Below are positions 62,511 to 64,000 of a stretch of DNA of 64,000 bases, in pieces. Location of the stretch: the NCBI GenBank assembly GCA_036172245.1, contig JAYWIR010000006.1, positions 3,658,001-3,722,000 of the forward strand. The letters are read 5' to 3'. This DNA is from Raillietiella orientalis (Eukaryota). The stretch's first letter is position 1, and each line of letters begins with the position of its first letter. The notes beneath the pieces were generated by a model. That model was given only the letters and a program-made list of their open reading frames with translations. It was not told where the DNA came from and made no database searches. Position numbers and translations under genes: made by a program.

Positions 62511-64000
62511 GGCGTTGGTGTTCCGCATCTTTGCCCTTCTTATCACGATACTCGTGAAGGGAGCGATGGTAATGCCCACCATGGGAACGGGTATCGGGGA
62601 ACGTTCCCGTTCCTTTCAAACATTACCTCCAAGATCCTCATCTTTGTTTTCGCATGCAGGCCGGGCACCACCTTCTGCTTTCTCTAATTTTGATACAGCA
62701 TAGGGCAGGTGAGAACGTGAAGCTGGTTTACCTGTCTCCACATGACTTGCAGAGCTCATCTTGGCTGTTGCCTGTCCAATATTTATGTCTGGAGCCACTG
62801 AGAATTCCTCCGTGGTAGAACATGAGAACGTCATCCTGAGTGTCCGATAGTAGGTCGCTCCTCCATATCGTTGTGCTAACCACTAGCAGGTTCACATTCC
62901 GAATCATCCCATAGCAGTTGGCAGCCTTGCCCAATGAGTCATTTTCTTTTTGCTTGTCCTTCATTTTCTCGCGGATGTTGGCCATGGTAATCAGACACCA
63001 CGTATTGGTTGCCTGATGAGTCTAGAGTTTGTGGGTACTCTGACTGAATCTTCCCGTTATTCTTGTGATGCAGCAGTGCAGTCGCGTTCTGTGACAGCTG
63101 CTACTCTGGACGAAGTGTTCGTAGTCATGGATGGTCATTCTTGGCCTTTGGAATATGCATTTCCAGGTGTTCCAGGAACCTTATAAAGTGCGGGATCACC
63201 ATTACCGGTTCTTTCTGCCACCATTCCTTGATTCGAGGCACGATTTTGAAGCGTTGAGCCATCACCAGTGCCTGCTTGCTCTTCTAGGTGGGGTCGATTT
63301 CCCCCCAGTCTCCATGTTTGCCTATGAGGACTCACGCCAGAACTTTCGACTTGTTGACCAGCTTCGAGTAGGCTCTCTGGCCCCAGTCGTTGATGAGATC
63401 CAGGAGTTGTGACACATCCACGTCGTCCATAGATTGTTGCTGCGATTTCAATCCCGGTCCCCTCTTCCCTCAGGCGCACAAGAGTGTGAGCCTAGCCCGC
63501 AGTTTGAACTTCTACAGAAGCTTCCGCTACATCTGTTCCACTTCCATGCTTGTCTTGTTCATTCGTCAGAAGGCGACCCGAAGAATACCTTCGGAAGGAG
63601 CACGTTGTTCCAAAAGCTAGTCCTCTGCTTCATGGTGAAGTCGATGTGGATGTTTCTTGTTGCTTCCTTTCCGAGTTTTCCCAAGATTTCTTTTCACTGG
63701 ATTGACAGAGCGGATGCAGCCCCGATGTGGATTTTCAGGTACTTGATGTCGTCCACCACTTGGAATCCTGTCTCCATTAATGTGGAGAGGTACAGGGCAG
63801 CAGTTGTGACTTCTGAGCGTTGATCTTCAAGTCCAATCCGTTTTCCATGGACTCGACTACACTGAAGAACGCATGTCGATCCCTCTCACCCTTCAGGAAG
63901 AAGGGAAGATTGTCCGCATACTCCAGGTGAGTGAGTCTCTCGTCGTCAATGACGATGCCTAAGGGGCCGCTTCTGTCGATCAGGGACAACACGGCCTCCA
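62511..64000 (-). mobile_element. Degenerate LINE ORF2 (RT plus zinc knuckle), same family as 10569-11805; runs off the window edge
   Basis: HLEYADN, LKINAQKS, IKYLKI and TTIWRSDLLSDTQDDVLMFYHGGILSGSRHKYWTG...CKSCGD, versus TTLWRSDLPPGTQDDLLMFYHGGIQSGSRLKYFTG...CTACGD in the other copy. Confidence 0.88.

Noticed and set aside
63013..63050. Hammerhead-like CTGATGA followed by a hairpin
   Set aside because: Followed by TGAATC rather than GAAA, with no convincing stems I/III; it lies antisense within LINE coding sequence.

Overview
Eukaryotic (invertebrate, probably arthropod) genomic DNA. Three host genes can be reconstructed by hand: (1) a 5-exon Golgi alpha-mannosidase II (GH38, alpha-Man-IIb type; +, 19165-39782, 1087 aa) with kb-sized introns full of GC-rich retroelement debris; (2) the nucleoporin ELYS/AHCTF1 (-, 45520-56349, about 25 exons), most of whose introns are only 38-53 nt; (3) the complex I subunit NDUFS5 (-, 61768-62117, 2 exons). 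The rest is mostly decayed non-LTR retrotransposons (Tx1/L1-like; one has a clean 15-bp target-site duplication), a hAT transposase relic, an 11-copy 154-bp tandem array, and a probable PLEKHA/kramer-like gene fragment. The most striking structure is at 12.8-14.9 kb. Two convergent U2 snRNA gene copies are each split at the same point (GTGTAG / TCTG) by a retroelement. One insert is a recognisable Utopia-like restriction-like-endonuclease element, and the other is an RT fragment that may belong to a different clade. All family assignments come from motifs recognised by eye; no database search was run.
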